64,000 nt of DNA from Actinomycetota bacterium. GTDB lineage: Bacteria; Actinomycetota; Thermoleophilia; RBG-16-64-13. The notes under the pieces were generated by a model. The model was not told where the DNA came from. It was given only the letters and a program-made list of their open reading frames with translations, and made no database searches. Position 1 is the stretch's first letter. Each line of letters opens with the position of its first letter. Shown piece by piece: positions 1 through 9,612 of the stretch. A program made the translations under genes and the position numbers. The stretch is from positions 4,095 to 68,094 of the forward strand of contig JAAYZX010000072.1 of assembly GCA_012514635.1 (NCBI GenBank), written 5' to 3'.

Positions 1-1118
1 CCTCCGCATAGCAGTCGTCCGCCCTGCTTCTGGGCCTCCTCGATGGCCGCTAGATAACCGTCCACGGCTGCGCGGTTGATTAGCGGCCCCACGAGAACGT
101 TGGCTTCCAGAGGATTGCCCACGCCCACTGTAGAATATAGGCGGGTGAGTTTGTCGAGGAAGACGCGATATATACTCTCCTGCACGATCAGTCTGCGGGT
201 GGAGGTACAACGTTGCCCCGACGTGGCCAATGCACCGAAGGCAACGGCGCGAAGCCCCATCTCCATGTCGGCCTTCTCGCTGACCACGGCTGCATTGTTT
301 CCGCCGAGCTCGAGCAGGCTTCTGCCTAAACGGGAAGCCACTCGTGTGGCCACGTGTCTTCCGGTAGATACGGATCCTGTGAAGGATATGAGTGGCAACC
401 GGCGATCATCGAGTAGGCGTTCGCCCACGGTTCGGCCGTTTCCGCAGAGAAGAAGAAAGACGGGAGGATGCCCAAGGCTGGAGAGTACATCGTTGGCCAG
501 GCGAGTGACGGCAATGGCTGTGAGAGGCGCGTCGGAGGAGGGTTTCCAGATTGTTACGTCGCCCACCACGGCGGCGATGAACGCATTCCAAGACCAAACG
601 GCGGAAGGGAAGTTGAAGGCCGTGATCACGCCAATGGGTCCGAGTGGATGCCATTGTTCCTGCAGGCGGTGAGCGGTACGCTCGCTTGGCATGGTCAACC
701 CGTAGAGTTGGCGGGAAAGGCCGGCCGCAAAACGGCCGATGTCGATCATCTCTTGGATCTCTCCCTGACCCTCTCCAACGGTCTTGCCCACCTCGAGCGA
801 TACCAGAAGCCCCAGATCCTTCTTGTGCCGTTCCAGCTCCTCAGCCACCTGCAAAACTGCATATCCTCGAACGGGAGCCGGGATCTCAGACCAGGCTTGT
901 GCAGAGCAGCGGGCAGACTCAAGAACTTCCTCGTAGTCGACGGTGTGGGCCAAGGAAACTGAGCCGATAATCTCCCCATCTATGGGCGAAATACAGGTTG
1001 ATACATCCCTCCCCTTCGACTCGATCCATCGTCCGGCGTAGACGCCCGAGGAAAGGGTCGACTGCTCAAAGAGGGAGGCGACACGGGCCCGAGCTTCCGC
1101 TATCGTGGATTGCGTCAT
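1..1118 (-). CDS. Aldehyde dehydrogenase, ALDH7/antiquitin-like (aminoadipate-semialdehyde dehydrogenase family); 5' end complete, 3' end runs off window start
   Basis: Manual reverse-strand translation from the ATG at 1116-1118 gives MTQSTIAEARARVASLFEQS...EQWHPLGPIGVITAFNFPSAVWSWN...ELGGNNAAVV...GQRCTSTRRLIV with no stops to position 1. These are classic ALDH motifs. The gene is absent from the ORF track only because it is edge-truncated. The plus-strand ORFs 76..672, 468..962 and 644..970 are antisense artefacts. Confidence 0.85.
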   Translation of the reverse strand, partial: MTQSTIAEARARVASLFEQSTLSSGVYAGRWIESKGRDVSTCISPIDGEIIGSVSLAHTVDYEEVLESARCSAQAWSEIPAPVRGYAVLQVAEELERHKKDLGLLVSLEVGKTVGEGQGEIQEMIDIGRFAAGLSRQLYGLTMPSERTAHRLQEQWHPLGPIGVITAFNFPSAVWSWNAFIAAVVGDVTIWKPSSDAPLTAIAVTRLANDVLSSLGHPPVFLLLCGNGRTVGERLLDDRRLPLISFTGSVSTGRHVATRVASRLGRSLLELGGNNAAVVSEKADMEMGLRAVAFGALATSGQRCTSTRRLIVQESIYRVFLDKLTRLYSTVGVGNPLEANVLVGPLINRAAVDGYLAAIEEAQKQGGRLLCG

Positions 1119-1356
1119 CTCGTCATCCTTTCACTTACTTGTTGACCAGGGATGGACGCTTGGTGGGACGTGTTCATTTCTGGTGGCGAATGAGAGGTGG
1201 ACGGTTGAAGCGAGAGCCATCATGAATTGATTGTACGCGAAGAACAGCAGGGTGTATGAGAACCATAGTCTGTTTGATAGACTGAGCGAGGTCGGCGCGT
1301 TACTCAGCAGCTAAAGGTCTCCGTTCTGGAGCGTGCCTTGGACAGCGAAAGGAGAT

Positions 1357-4101
1357 ATGTCAGTGTCCGGACATCTCACCCTGGATGGGGTTGCGTACCC
1401 TTTCCAATCGGGGCAGACGGTTCTCGAGGTGGCCCGCGAGAACGGCATTAAGATCCCAGCCCTCTGCTATCACCGCAAGACCGGTCCGGCCGGTCGCTGC
1501 CGGGTGTGTATTGTAGAGGTGGAAGGTCAGGCCGGGTTGCCAACATCCTGCAACCTCGAGGCCAAGGACGGCATGGTGGTCTACACCAACACCGAAGCCG
1601 TCTTGGAGGTGCGCAGGTCGGTTGTGAACCTCTTGCTTGCTAATGGTGAGCACAACTGCCTCTCGTGCGAACAAAACGGTCGTTGTGAGCTACAGGATGC
1701 CGCGTATGACCTCGGTATCGAGATACCAGCGTTCACAATTATCGGGCCCGAAGTAGAAATAGACGATAGCAGCGAGATGATCGTTAATGATCGTCGCAAG
1801 TGCATCCAGTGCGGGATTTGCGTTGCTGCGTGCAACAACGTAGTGGTCAACGAAGTCTTGGGTATGGGGCAGCGCGGCTTCGACTCCAGGATAGTCTGCG
1901 ACCTCGACGTACCCATGGCCGAGTCCACGTGCGTGCAGTGTGGCGAATGTGTTCAGCTCTGCCCGGTTGGTGCCTTCATCGAGAAGAAGGCCATCGGGCA
2001 AGGTCGCTCCTGGGAGTTGGAGACCGTCGACACTACCTGCCCGTACTGCGGAGTGGGTTGTCAGCTCACACTCCATGTGGACACCAACGCCAACCGCATT
2101 GTGCGGGTCACCGGCCGGGAGGTCGTGCCCAACGACGGTATGCTGTGCGTCAAGGGTCGTTTCGGGTATGAGTTCCCCTCCAGCCCGAATCGCCTAACTC
2201 AGCCTTTGATCCGGAAGAACGGCGAACTCGAGCCCGTATCGTGGGAAGAGGCGCTGGACTTCACGGCCGAACGCATTAAGAAAATCGTAGAGGAGCACGG
2301 GCCTGATGTCTTCTCTGCCTTCGGCTCCGGGCGTACCACTAACGAGAGCAACTATGCCATATCTAAGTTCACGAGAGCGGTGATCAAAACAAACAATGTA
2401 GACCACTGCGCCCGTACCTGACACGCTCCTACTGTCGCCGGTCTGGCGACAAGCTTTGGCTCCGGCGCGATGACCAACAGCATCGCTGAGCTGGAAGATG
2501 CCGATCTGATCTTCGTCATCGGGTCCAATATGACCGAGGCGCATCCGGTCATCTCCTACTTCGTGAAGCGCGGGGCTAAGAAGGGCGCCACCTTGATCGT
2601 TAACGACCCGCGGCGGACCGATCTCTGCCGTTGGGCCGACCACTTCGTACGGATCAACTCCGGCTCCGACATCGCCTACATCAACGGTCTCATCAACGAG
2701 ATCTTCAAGAACGGCTGGGCGGACGAGGAGTTCTTGAGAGAACACACCGAGAACCCGGATGACATTCGCGCCTGGGTGGCCGACTATCCGGTAGAACGTG
2801 CCAGTGAAATTTGCGGAGTGCCGGTTGAGCGTATGAAGGAGATCGCTCGGCTTCTGGGCACGGCCAAGTCCGCCAGTGTTTGCTACACGCTGGGCATCAC
2901 TGAACACATCTGCGGCACGGACAACGTGATGACACTGGCCAACCTGCAGATGGTGTTGGGCAACCTGGGTAAGCCTTCCGCCGGCCTCAACCCGCTGCGC
3001 GGGCAGAACAACGTGCAGGGAGCCTGCGACATGGGCGCCCTGCCCAACGTGTTCCACAACTACCAGGCGGTCACCGATCCCAACGTGATTGCTAAGATGG
3101 AGCACTCCTGGGGAGTGACCGGCCTGTCGGACCGCGTTGGATACAAGAAGCCCACTATGCTGCGCAAGGCCCGCGACGGCGGCACCAAGATTCTGTACTG
3201 CATTGGTGACAACCCGGTTCACACTGAACCCAACATGGCGCACACTATTGAGGAAATCGAAGCTCTCGAGTTCCTTATCGTGTGCGATATCTTCCCCACC
3301 CTCACCACCCAATATGCCGACGTGGTGTTCCCCGACTACGGCTGGGGCGAGGAAGAGGGGACCTTCAGTAACACCGAACGACGTGTACAGCGCGTGCGCG
3401 CTGCAGTGAAAGCTGCCGATGGATGCCGTCCGAGCTGGTGGGTGCTCCAAGAACTCGGTATGCGACTGGGATATGACCTTGGGTTCACGTCGGCGGAAGC
3501 CGTCTGGGAAGACATGCGTCGTACCGCTACCAGCTATGCCGGTATCACTTGGGAGCGTATCGAGAACATAGGCCTGCAGTGGCCGTGCCCCACGTTGGAA
3601 CATCCCGGCACTACGTTCCTGCACAAGGACGGCAATTTCACTCGTGGCAAGGGACTGTTCGCCAAGACCGATTGGATACCTCCTGCAGAGGTGCCGGATG
3701 AAGAGTATCCACTCATCCTGTCGACGGGACGGAGACTCTGGCACTATCACTCGGGTACTCAGACTCGGAACTCGGTTGGACTTGAGGCACTCTTCCCCGA
3801 AGAGCTGCTTGAGATGAACGCCGCCGATGCGGAACCTCTCGGCATCAAGAGTGGTGACCTGGTTAAGGCGAGCAGTCGGCGCGGCGAGATTACACTTCGT
3901 GCTTGGGTCAACGAGCGGGCCACCCCCGGTTTCTGCTGGACGGCGTTCCACTTTGAGGAGGCCTGCGGCAACGTACTCACTATCGACGCATACGATCCTG
4001 TCACCGAGACGGCTGAGTATAAGGTGTGTGCCATTCGCGTGGAGAAGGTTGCGGATGCCGAGGAACTCATGAAGGATCTCTGTCGTCAGGCTCGACCCTG
4101 A
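1357..4101 (+). CDS. fdhA: Formate dehydrogenase alpha subunit (NAD-dependent FdsA/FdhA type) with an in-frame TGA selenocysteine codon at 2419-2421. N-terminal 2Fe-2S and 4Fe-4S domains plus molybdopterin domain. Start could be GTG 1333, ATG 1357 or GTG 1363.
   Basis: ORFs 1333..2421 and 2470..4101 are collinear. The first ends ...KTNNVDHCART-TGA and the same frame continues HAPTVAGL..., matching the E. coli FdhF active site NVDCCARV-U-HGPSVAGL. Cys clusters include CYHRKTGPAGRCRVC, CIQCGICVAAC and CVQCGECVQLC. The C-terminus EYKVCAIRVEK matches the FdhF C-terminus. Confidence 0.85.
2422..2460 (+). promoter_or_regulatory. Bacterial SECIS stem-loop immediately 3' of the UGA-Sec codon of fdhA
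   Basis: Hairpin tgtcgcc-GGTCT-ggcgaca (2433-2451) lies 12 nt downstream of TGA 2419-2421. Its apical GGUCUG loop matches the E. coli fdhF SECIS loop. Confidence 0.6.
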
Positions 4102-4131
4102 GAAACGTCCGTTCCGTGAAAGGAAGCGACC

Positions 4132-4587
4132 ATGGCTATGACCGATATCAAGAGCATACTTGAAGCGGCCATCGGCAGGGAAGAGGAGGCGTTCCAGTTC
4201 TACGCCGACGTAGCCGAACGCATGACCAACCCGGCCGTCAAGGAGATCTTCAGCCAGCTCTCTCAAGACGAGCTGGCCCACAAGGCGTTCCTGCAGGCCG
4301 CTGTAAAAGACGATCAGATTGTCACTAAGCTCCCAGTGCCGGCAGACTACAAAGTGGCTGAGGCAACAGGAGAGCCGACCCTGTCCGTCGATATGAAGCC
4401 GGCGGACGCCCTGGCGCTGGCGATGAAGAGAGAACAGGAGTCGGTGGAGTTCTACCGCGGGCTTGCGCAGTCGGCGACCGACGCCACGCTGAGTGCCATG
4501 TTCGAGAACTTGGCCCGCATGGAGCTGGGCCACAAGACGCGGCTTGAGACTATGTTTGTGGACGTCGGCTATCCGGAGGTCTTCTGA
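4132..4587 (+). CDS. Ferritin-like diiron protein (rubrerythrin/VIT1-type domain) inserted between the FDH alpha and beta genes
   Basis: Two internal repeats each carry E-x-x-E...F-Y...E-L-x-H-K (EEEAFQFY...ELAHK and EQESVEFY...ELGHK). Stop TGA is followed one nt later by the ATG of the next gene. Confidence 0.7.
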   Translation: MAMTDIKSILEAAIGREEEAFQFYADVAERMTNPAVKEIFSQLSQDELAHKAFLQAAVKDDQIVTKLPVPADYKVAEATGEPTLSVDMKPADALALAMKREQESVEFYRGLAQSATDATLSAMFENLARMELGHKTRLETMFVDVGYPEVF

Positions 4588-4588
4588 T

Positions 4589-6346
4589 ATGAAACCAGAC
4601 GTGCGAGCGCAGATCTTGGATCTGGCGGCCACGTATCCGACCCCCCAGGCGGCCTTGCTATCTGCTCTGCAGATGGTGCAGGAGGCCGAGGGAGGCCGCC
4701 TTACTACCGAGGATCTCTCGGACGTGGCGAGGCTGCTCGATGTGCCGCTTGGAACGGTGTATGCCACCGTTAGTTACTACACTATGCTCAACCTCGAGCC
4801 GGTGGGCAAATACCACCTGCAGCTCGATACCAACATCTCTGCCAAGCTGGTTGGAGCCCTCGATCTGCTCGCCCATATAGAGCAGGCTCTTGGGATAAGT
4901 GCAGGCGAGACTACGCCTGATGGGCTCTTCACGCTTTCAACTGTTGAAGACCTGGGAGCGTGCGGTACCTGTCCGGTGCTTCAGGTCAATGACCGTTACT
5001 ACGAGAAAATGACCGCCGAACGGTTCGACGAATTGCTCACGAGCCTCAAGCAGGGCGTGATGCCCGACTGGAAAACAGAGGGCAACTGGGGTACGGAGTG
5101 CAATATCCTGTTGGCCCGCCGTGGCAAGCCGGACTCCACTGCGCTGGCTGGATACGTGGCCGACGGTGGTTACCAGGCGCTGGAGAAGGCCCTCACGCTG
5201 TCGCCGGCCGAGATTGTGCAGATGGTCAAAGACTCCGGGCTGCGGGGACGCGGCGGTGCCGGTTTTCCCGCGGGAGTCAAGTGGAGTTTCCTACCCAAGG
5301 GTTCCACCAAGCCGGTCTACCTGGTTTGCAATGCAGACGAGGGTGAGCCGGGAACGTTCAAGGATCGCCAGATTATGGAGTTCGATCCGCACCTGCTCCT
5401 CGAGGGCATGGCGGTGAGTGGCTACGCGGTCGGCGCCAAACAGGGTTATATCTACATCCGGGGCGAGTTTGCCTGGATCGCCGATATCCTGGAACGGGCT
5501 GTTGCCGAGGCGCGAGAGGCCGGCAAGTTGGGGAACAACATCCTGGGCCGCGGCGTGGAGTTTGACGTCCGCGTGGTGCGGGGTGCCGGCGCGTACGTGT
5601 GCGGTGAGGAGACCGCCCTCATCGAGTCGCTCGAAGGCAAGCGTGGCAATCCTCGTCTGCGGCCACCGTATCCGGCGGCATCGGGTGTCTTTGGCTGCCC
5701 CACTATAGTCAACAACGTAGAGACCCTGGCCTGTGTGCCGTATATAGTGCTGGAGGGAGCCGAGGCCTTCAGTCAGATAGGCACACCCAATAATACCGGC
5801 CCCAAGCTCTTCGGTGTATCCGGGCATGTGAATAAGCCGGGAGTGTACGAGTTTCCGCTCGGTGTTCCGCTTGCCAAGATATTGGAAGCTGCAGGCGGCG
5901 TTGTCGGCAATCTCAAGGCTGTAATCGTTGGCGGTCTGTCAACGCAGATCCTAACGGCCGACGAGTGTCGCGATCTCACAATGGACTACGATACGTGTGC
6001 TGAATACGGCACCGGCCTTGGATCGGGCGGAATCATAGTCATGAACGACACGGTGGAGATCCCGGAGATCGCACTCAGAACCATAGAGTTCTATGCCCAC
6101 GAGTCGTGTGGCCAGTGCACTCCGTGTCGTCAGGGATCCACTACCATCAAGCAGATGCTTAAACGCGTGGTTGATGGTAAAGGTAGTTCGGAAGACTTGG
6201 AAAACGTCCTGCAGCTGTGCAAGACGATCATGGGGAACACGCTTTGTCCTATGGGAGACGCTTTTTCCATGCCCATTGAGGCGATGTTGCTCAAGTACAG
6301 AGCTGAATTCGACAGCCTTCTGCCTGACGGAAGCCTCGTCCGGTAA
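4589..6346 (+). CDS. fdhB: NAD(H)-binding FDH beta subunit, NuoE-NuoF fusion (24 kDa thioredoxin-like 2Fe-2S domain plus 51 kDa FMN/NADH/4Fe-4S domain)
   Basis: N-terminal half has 2Fe-2S ligands GACGTCPVLQVND. C-terminal half has GLRGRGGAGFPAGVKWSF, the NuoF FMN motif, and ESCGQCTPCR, the NuoF 4Fe-4S motif. The ORF-track start 4493 overlaps the upstream gene; the ATG at 4589 is the likely start. Confidence 0.85.
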   Translation: MKPDVRAQILDLAATYPTPQAALLSALQMVQEAEGGRLTTEDLSDVARLLDVPLGTVYATVSYYTMLNLEPVGKYHLQLDTNISAKLVGALDLLAHIEQALGISAGETTPDGLFTLSTVEDLGACGTCPVLQVNDRYYEKMTAERFDELLTSLKQGVMPDWKTEGNWGTECNILLARRGKPDSTALAGYVADGGYQALEKALTLSPAEIVQMVKDSGLRGRGGAGFPAGVKWSFLPKGSTKPVYLVCNADEGEPGTFKDRQIMEFDPHLLLEGMAVSGYAVGAKQGYIYIRGEFAWIADILERAVAEAREAGKLGNNILGRGVEFDVRVVRGAGAYVCGEETALIESLEGKRGNPRLRPPYPAASGVFGCPTIVNNVETLACVPYIVLEGAEAFSQIGTPNNTGPKLFGVSGHVNKPGVYEFPLGVPLAKILEAAGGVVGNLKAVIVGGLSTQILTADECRDLTMDYDTCAEYGTGLGSGGIIVMNDTVEIPEIALRTIEFYAHESCGQCTPCRQGSTTIKQMLKRVVDGKGSSEDLENVLQLCKTIMGNTLCPMGDAFSMPIEAMLLKYRAEFDSLLPDGSLVR

Positions 6347-6359
6347 ACTGAAACTCTTT

Positions 6360-6398
6360 GCAGAGGGACCGCCGCCACGGCTGGGGCGGTCCCTCTGC
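6360..6398. terminator. GC-rich 14-bp stem hairpin between convergent genes; candidate bidirectional terminator
   Basis: gcagagggaccgcc / ggcggtccctctgc flanking an 11-nt loop, followed by aattctt. Confidence 0.4.
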
Positions 6399-6442
6399 AA
6401 TTCTTGCGGTGAGTGGGCTGCTGTGAGTCGACTCTGCGGTGT

Positions 6443-7252
6443 CTAACGCCTGAGCACTCCCTGTACGTCAATGCGCGCGCGGAGAATGCCCAGTTCCTTG
6501 CGAGAAGGTAGATCTATCTCTTCAATTATCTCGGGGATCATGAGTTCGAAACCGGTATTGTTTACCACCTCATCGAGCGTGACACCAGGCAGCAGGTGTT
6601 TGAGACGCATGTGTTTGGATTCGGGCTCGAAGTCCATGATGGCTTTGGGTGTGATCACGAACTTGGGGCCGCCCCCCGGAAGTCCCAGTCTCTGGCGGTG
6701 GTCCCCGCCTTCACCGAATCCTACGGCGGACCGGAAGTCGCAACGCTCTACGAGCACACGCGGGGCATGACTTCCTACATGGATCATGTAGTTACGACAG
6801 ATAGCGGCTACGGTGCTGCTGCCCACACTACCGGGTCCGCGGAACTTCAGATTTGTGGGGTCGTCCCCTACGCCGATGAGGTTGGTGTTACCGAATTTGT
6901 CTATCTGCAAGGCACCCGTAAAACTCCAATCCATGCGGGGTACAGCGTCGAGCAGGGCGTCGAGACTCCATATGGACTCGGCCCAGCGACTCAGTCGCGG
7001 ACTGGCTACTTGGCCCAGGTCATGGAAGCGCTCCACGCGGGCCAGGTGCATGAAATACGAGAGAGCACTGATCTTGATGTCCGGGCAACGCGTAAGATGC
7101 GCGAGCAGTACTCCGGCGGTAGAAACGGGTAGGTTGGTCCCCAGAGCCACGTAGTCGCCGTTGCGCATCTGTTGCGCAATGAAGTACGCCATGAGTTCCA
7201 TGGGATACGGAGGGGCTTCCAACAGACTCTCGGGAACGTTTGCTAATGCCAT
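6443..7252 (-). CDS. CoA-transferase subunit B (3-oxoacid / glutaconate CoA-transferase family)
   Basis: Translation carries the family I CoA-transferase beta signature around SLLEAPPYPME...GTNLPVSTAG...IDKFGNTNLIGVGD. Immediately downstream of, and 1 nt from, the subunit A gene. Confidence 0.8.
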   Translation of the reverse strand: MALANVPESLLEAPPYPMELMAYFIAQQMRNGDYVALGTNLPVSTAGVLLAHLTRCPDIKISALSYFMHLARVERFHDLGQVASPRLSRWAESIWSLDALLDAVPRMDWSFTGALQIDKFGNTNLIGVGDDPTNLKFRGPGSVGSSTVAAICRNYMIHVGSHAPRVLVERCDFRSAVGFGEGGDHRQRLGLPGGGPKFVITPKAIMDFEPESKHMRLKHLLPGVTLDEVVNNTGFELMIPEIIEEIDLPSRKELGILRARIDVQGVLRR

Positions 7253-7253
7253 A

Positions 7254-8162
7254 TCAGGATTCCTCGTCCAGACGTTCCAGGCTGAGTTTGAACATGTTGC
7301 TCATGCCAACCATTTCGCAGTATTCGCCGTGTGTGGCCGGACCGTCCACGAACAGTTCCATATATGAGTTCCAGGGCTCCGGATTGCCGGCGAAGTAGGC
7401 TTTGGCTCCGTCGACGAACATGCGTAGACGCTCTGTATCGAGGCGATAGAAATTGTGAGATCCACCGGGGTGCGCACCGTAAGGGGCCTCCACGATTACG
7501 TCGACGAAGGCGGAGGGGAGAGACGTGAGGAGTGCGTTGCCGCGAATGGTGGCGTTAGGTACCAAGCGCTCCACCGTTACGATGACCTTCTTGGCGGCCT
7601 GCGCGAACAGGTGATCTATGAAGAGAGGTCCGAAATGCTGTACGTTGCCCCAACGGTCGGCCCGCGTGGCGTGGATGATGGCCACGTCTATCTCAATAGG
7701 TTTCACTACCGCTATGGGTGGTCCACCGAAAGGATCGTCTATTACCTTGACTCGGGGGTTAAGGTCTGGGATAGATGTGCCCACCACGTTGACCGGGAGA
7801 AAAGGCACACGTTGGATCTGGGCCTTCAACATGGCGATCAACGTTCCATTGTCCACCTCATCCACCTGAAACCTGCGCCCCGCCCACTTCTGGAAGAAGG
7901 GGAGGATGGGGGAGACGGCTTCGGCTCCACAGTAAGGAGTTATGAGACGATCAATCATATCGTTGGCGAGCATCAGGTCCAGTTCAGGTCCAGATGGCGC
8001 GGCGACGACTGTGAGGTGCTTGCATCGGAGTCTGGTGAGACGGCGAATGAGAGCGCAAGGTTTGTTGGTGGTTATGAAGCCACCGATACCGATGGTGTCG
8101 CCGTCCCGGATGAGCTCGGCGGCGTCCTCCACTGTCATGAGTTTGGGTGTACGAGTAGCCAT
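7254..8162 (-). CDS. CoA-transferase subunit A
   Basis: N-terminus MTVEDAAELIRDGDTIGIGGF is a typical CoA-transferase alpha motif. Tandem with subunit B. Confidence 0.8.
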   Translation of the reverse strand: MATRTPKLMTVEDAAELIRDGDTIGIGGFITTNKPCALIRRLTRLRCKHLTVVAAPSGPELDLMLANDMIDRLITPYCGAEAVSPILPFFQKWAGRRFQVDEVDNGTLIAMLKAQIQRVPFLPVNVVGTSIPDLNPRVKVIDDPFGGPPIAVVKPIEIDVAIIHATRADRWGNVQHFGPLFIDHLFAQAAKKVIVTVERLVPNATIRGNALLTSLPSAFVDVIVEAPYGAHPGGSHNFYRLDTERLRMFVDGAKAYFAGNPEPWNSYMELFVDGPATHGEYCEMVGMSNMFKLSLERLDEES

Positions 8163-8273
8163 GACCGGTTCAGTTTAGCATCCTGCGACGGTCAACCTCG
8201 GTGCATAGTGTTTCATGAGTTGCGGCTGTTGACGATGAGGGGGAGGGGTCTGGTATTATCCACTTCTGCCCGT

Positions 8274-8346
8274 GCGGGCATAGCTTAGCTGGTAGAGCAG
8301 GGGACTCTTAATCCCAAGGTCGAAGGTTCGAATCCTTCTGCCCGCA
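8274..8346 (+). tRNA. tRNA-Lys (anticodon CTT); CCA not encoded
   Basis: Cloverleaf readable: acceptor GCGGGCA/TGCCCGC, D-arm GCTTAGCTGGTAGAGC, anticodon stem GGGGA/TCCC with loop CTCTTAA, T-arm GAAGGTTCGAATCCTTC, discriminator A. Confidence 0.9.
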
Positions 8347-8356
8347 CTTGACTGAT

Positions 8357-8380
8357 GTCCCGCCGGAGCGGGACTTTTTC
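8357..8380 (+). terminator. Rho-independent terminator after tRNA-Lys
   Basis: gtcccgc-cgga-gcgggac followed by TTTTTC. Confidence 0.6.
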
Positions 8381-8477
8381 GTCTTGGTATTTCTTCTTTC
8401 CACGCAGGTTCATCACGTCTCAACTTTGTGCGATGATTGTCTAGTGAAGCTCTGTAAAGATGGATTAATGTATAACC

Positions 8478-9095
8478 ATGTCGTTTGATTCGCCATTTGA
8501 TGGTTTGGTCGAGCGCGCTCTGCTGTGGGCTATCCCCGACTGGGTCACACCCAATCAAATAACCATTGCCCGTCTCATTCTCTGTCCCGTGGCTGCGGCA
8601 TTTTATCTGACCGGTCCTATCTGGGTGGCCGTAGTTGTGTTCGCCGTGGCTGCTTTGCTCGATTTGGTGGACGGGGCTCTGGCCCGCCTTCGTGGCCCTA
8701 TCACCGATCTGGGACTGTTTCTGGATCCATTGGCCGACAAACTTCTGGTTGGTGTGATGCTGCTCTGTGTGGGATGGTCGTATCTGGTGGTCAAAATTGT
8801 CGTGGTATTGATCGTAGTGGAGCTGGTGGCGTTGATTGCGGCAAAAATAACGCAGCGACGCGTGGGGCTCATGGCGAAGTCGAACGCCTTCGGCAAGATA
8901 AAAATGTGGGTTCAGAGCGTAGGAGTAGGTCTGTTGTTGCTGGCGGCGCTGTTCACCGGTTCGCCTGCACTTTGGTTGGGAAGATGGGGATCGTACCTTC
9001 TGTGGGTCGGATTGGCATTGGCGGTGATGTCGGCGACTGCGCAGGTGACCCAGAGCACGGTGGTGCGCAGGAGGATTGGTCGAGGCAAAGGATAG
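8478..9095 (+). CDS. CDP-alcohol phosphatidyltransferase family protein (PgsA-like)
   Basis: Multi-TM protein with D-G-x2-A-R...G...D...D signature (LDLVDGALARLRGPITDLGLFLDPLADK). The overlapping minus-strand ORF 8256..9215 is low-complexity and crosses the tRNA, so it is rejected. Confidence 0.75.
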   Translation: MSFDSPFDGLVERALLWAIPDWVTPNQITIARLILCPVAAAFYLTGPIWVAVVVFAVAALLDLVDGALARLRGPITDLGLFLDPLADKLLVGVMLLCVGWSYLVVKIVVVLIVVELVALIAAKITQRRVGLMAKSNAFGKIKMWVQSVGVGLLLLAALFTGSPALWLGRWGSYLLWVGLALAVMSATAQVTQSTVVRRRIGRGKG

Positions 9096-9177
9096 GCGCG
9101 TCGGTGGAAGGTTGAGGGTCCGACCACGTGGGACTACTGCGTGACCCAGTCTCTGCGCAGGGGTGTGGCCGCGTGAC

Positions 9178-9411
9178 TCAGCCGCCGCTTCGGCGGCGGA
9201 TGATTTCCCACACAAAGAAGCCGACGGCGATGGCGACCACCAACCAGCGCGACGACTGCACTAAGATACGATTGTTTTTGGTCCAGGGCAGGAGGGGGAT
9301 ACCTACCAGGATAACGCCCAAGCCGAGCCAAATGGGTATCTGCCAAAAGACGCCGTCTCTGTAGCTGACAATAGCGAGGATGGCGCAAATGACTCCGGAA
9401 GCGAAGCTCAT
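9178..9411 (-). CDS. Small two-TM membrane protein (hypothetical); start uncertain
   Basis: C-terminal 77 aa of ORF 9178..9609 (MSFASGVICAILAIVSY...VAIAVGFFVWEIIRRR) is strongly hydrophobic. The upstream part of that ORF is Arg-rich junk. Confidence 0.3.
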   Translation of the reverse strand: MSFASGVICAILAIVSYRDGVFWQIPIWLGLGVILVGIPLLPWTKNNRILVQSSRWLVVAIAVGFFVWEIIRRRSGG

Positions 9412-9612
9412 AACCAGACGTTGAGCTTCTGGGTCTCGCTGTCTGCCACGGACGGGTTGCGGTCGTTTATTCACGCACTCATGGTACCTTGTCGATGGGG
9501 CGAGGAGAAGCCCGTGACCGTAGTGGCTCACTAGTATGCGCATCATCCTTGTCATCTTTGCGGTACTGCGCGCCATAGGTGTGGCGGCGTCGTTGGCTCG
9601 GAGTGGCATTCG

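Noticed and set aside
76-970. Plus-strand ORFs 76..672, 468..962 and 644..970
   Set aside because: They lie antisense to the convincingly translated minus-strand ALDH gene. Arg/Pro-rich translations typical of GC-rich antisense frames.
1120-1332. Possible Moco or other riboswitch in the 210-nt leader upstream of fdhA
   Set aside because: I could not align it convincingly to the Moco RNA motif or any class I know from memory. Needs an Rfam scan, so not reported as a feature.
2419-2470. Treating 1333..2421 and 2470..4101 as two separate genes
   Set aside because: The reading frame is continuous through TGA 2419-2421 and reproduces the FdhF Sec active-site context. The downstream ORF's annotated start at 2470 is just the first in-frame Met after the Sec codon.
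2194-4767. 857-aa minus-strand ORF opposite fdhA
   Set aside because: Antisense to the Sec-FDH alpha gene, which has unmistakable motifs. No domain-like sequence in the antisense translation.
8256-9215. Minus-strand 319-aa ORF spanning the tRNA-Lys and the PgsA-like gene
   Set aside because: Low-complexity (H/R/Q-rich) translation, antisense to a well-supported plus-strand membrane protein, and it crosses a tRNA. Treated as a spurious high-GC ORF.
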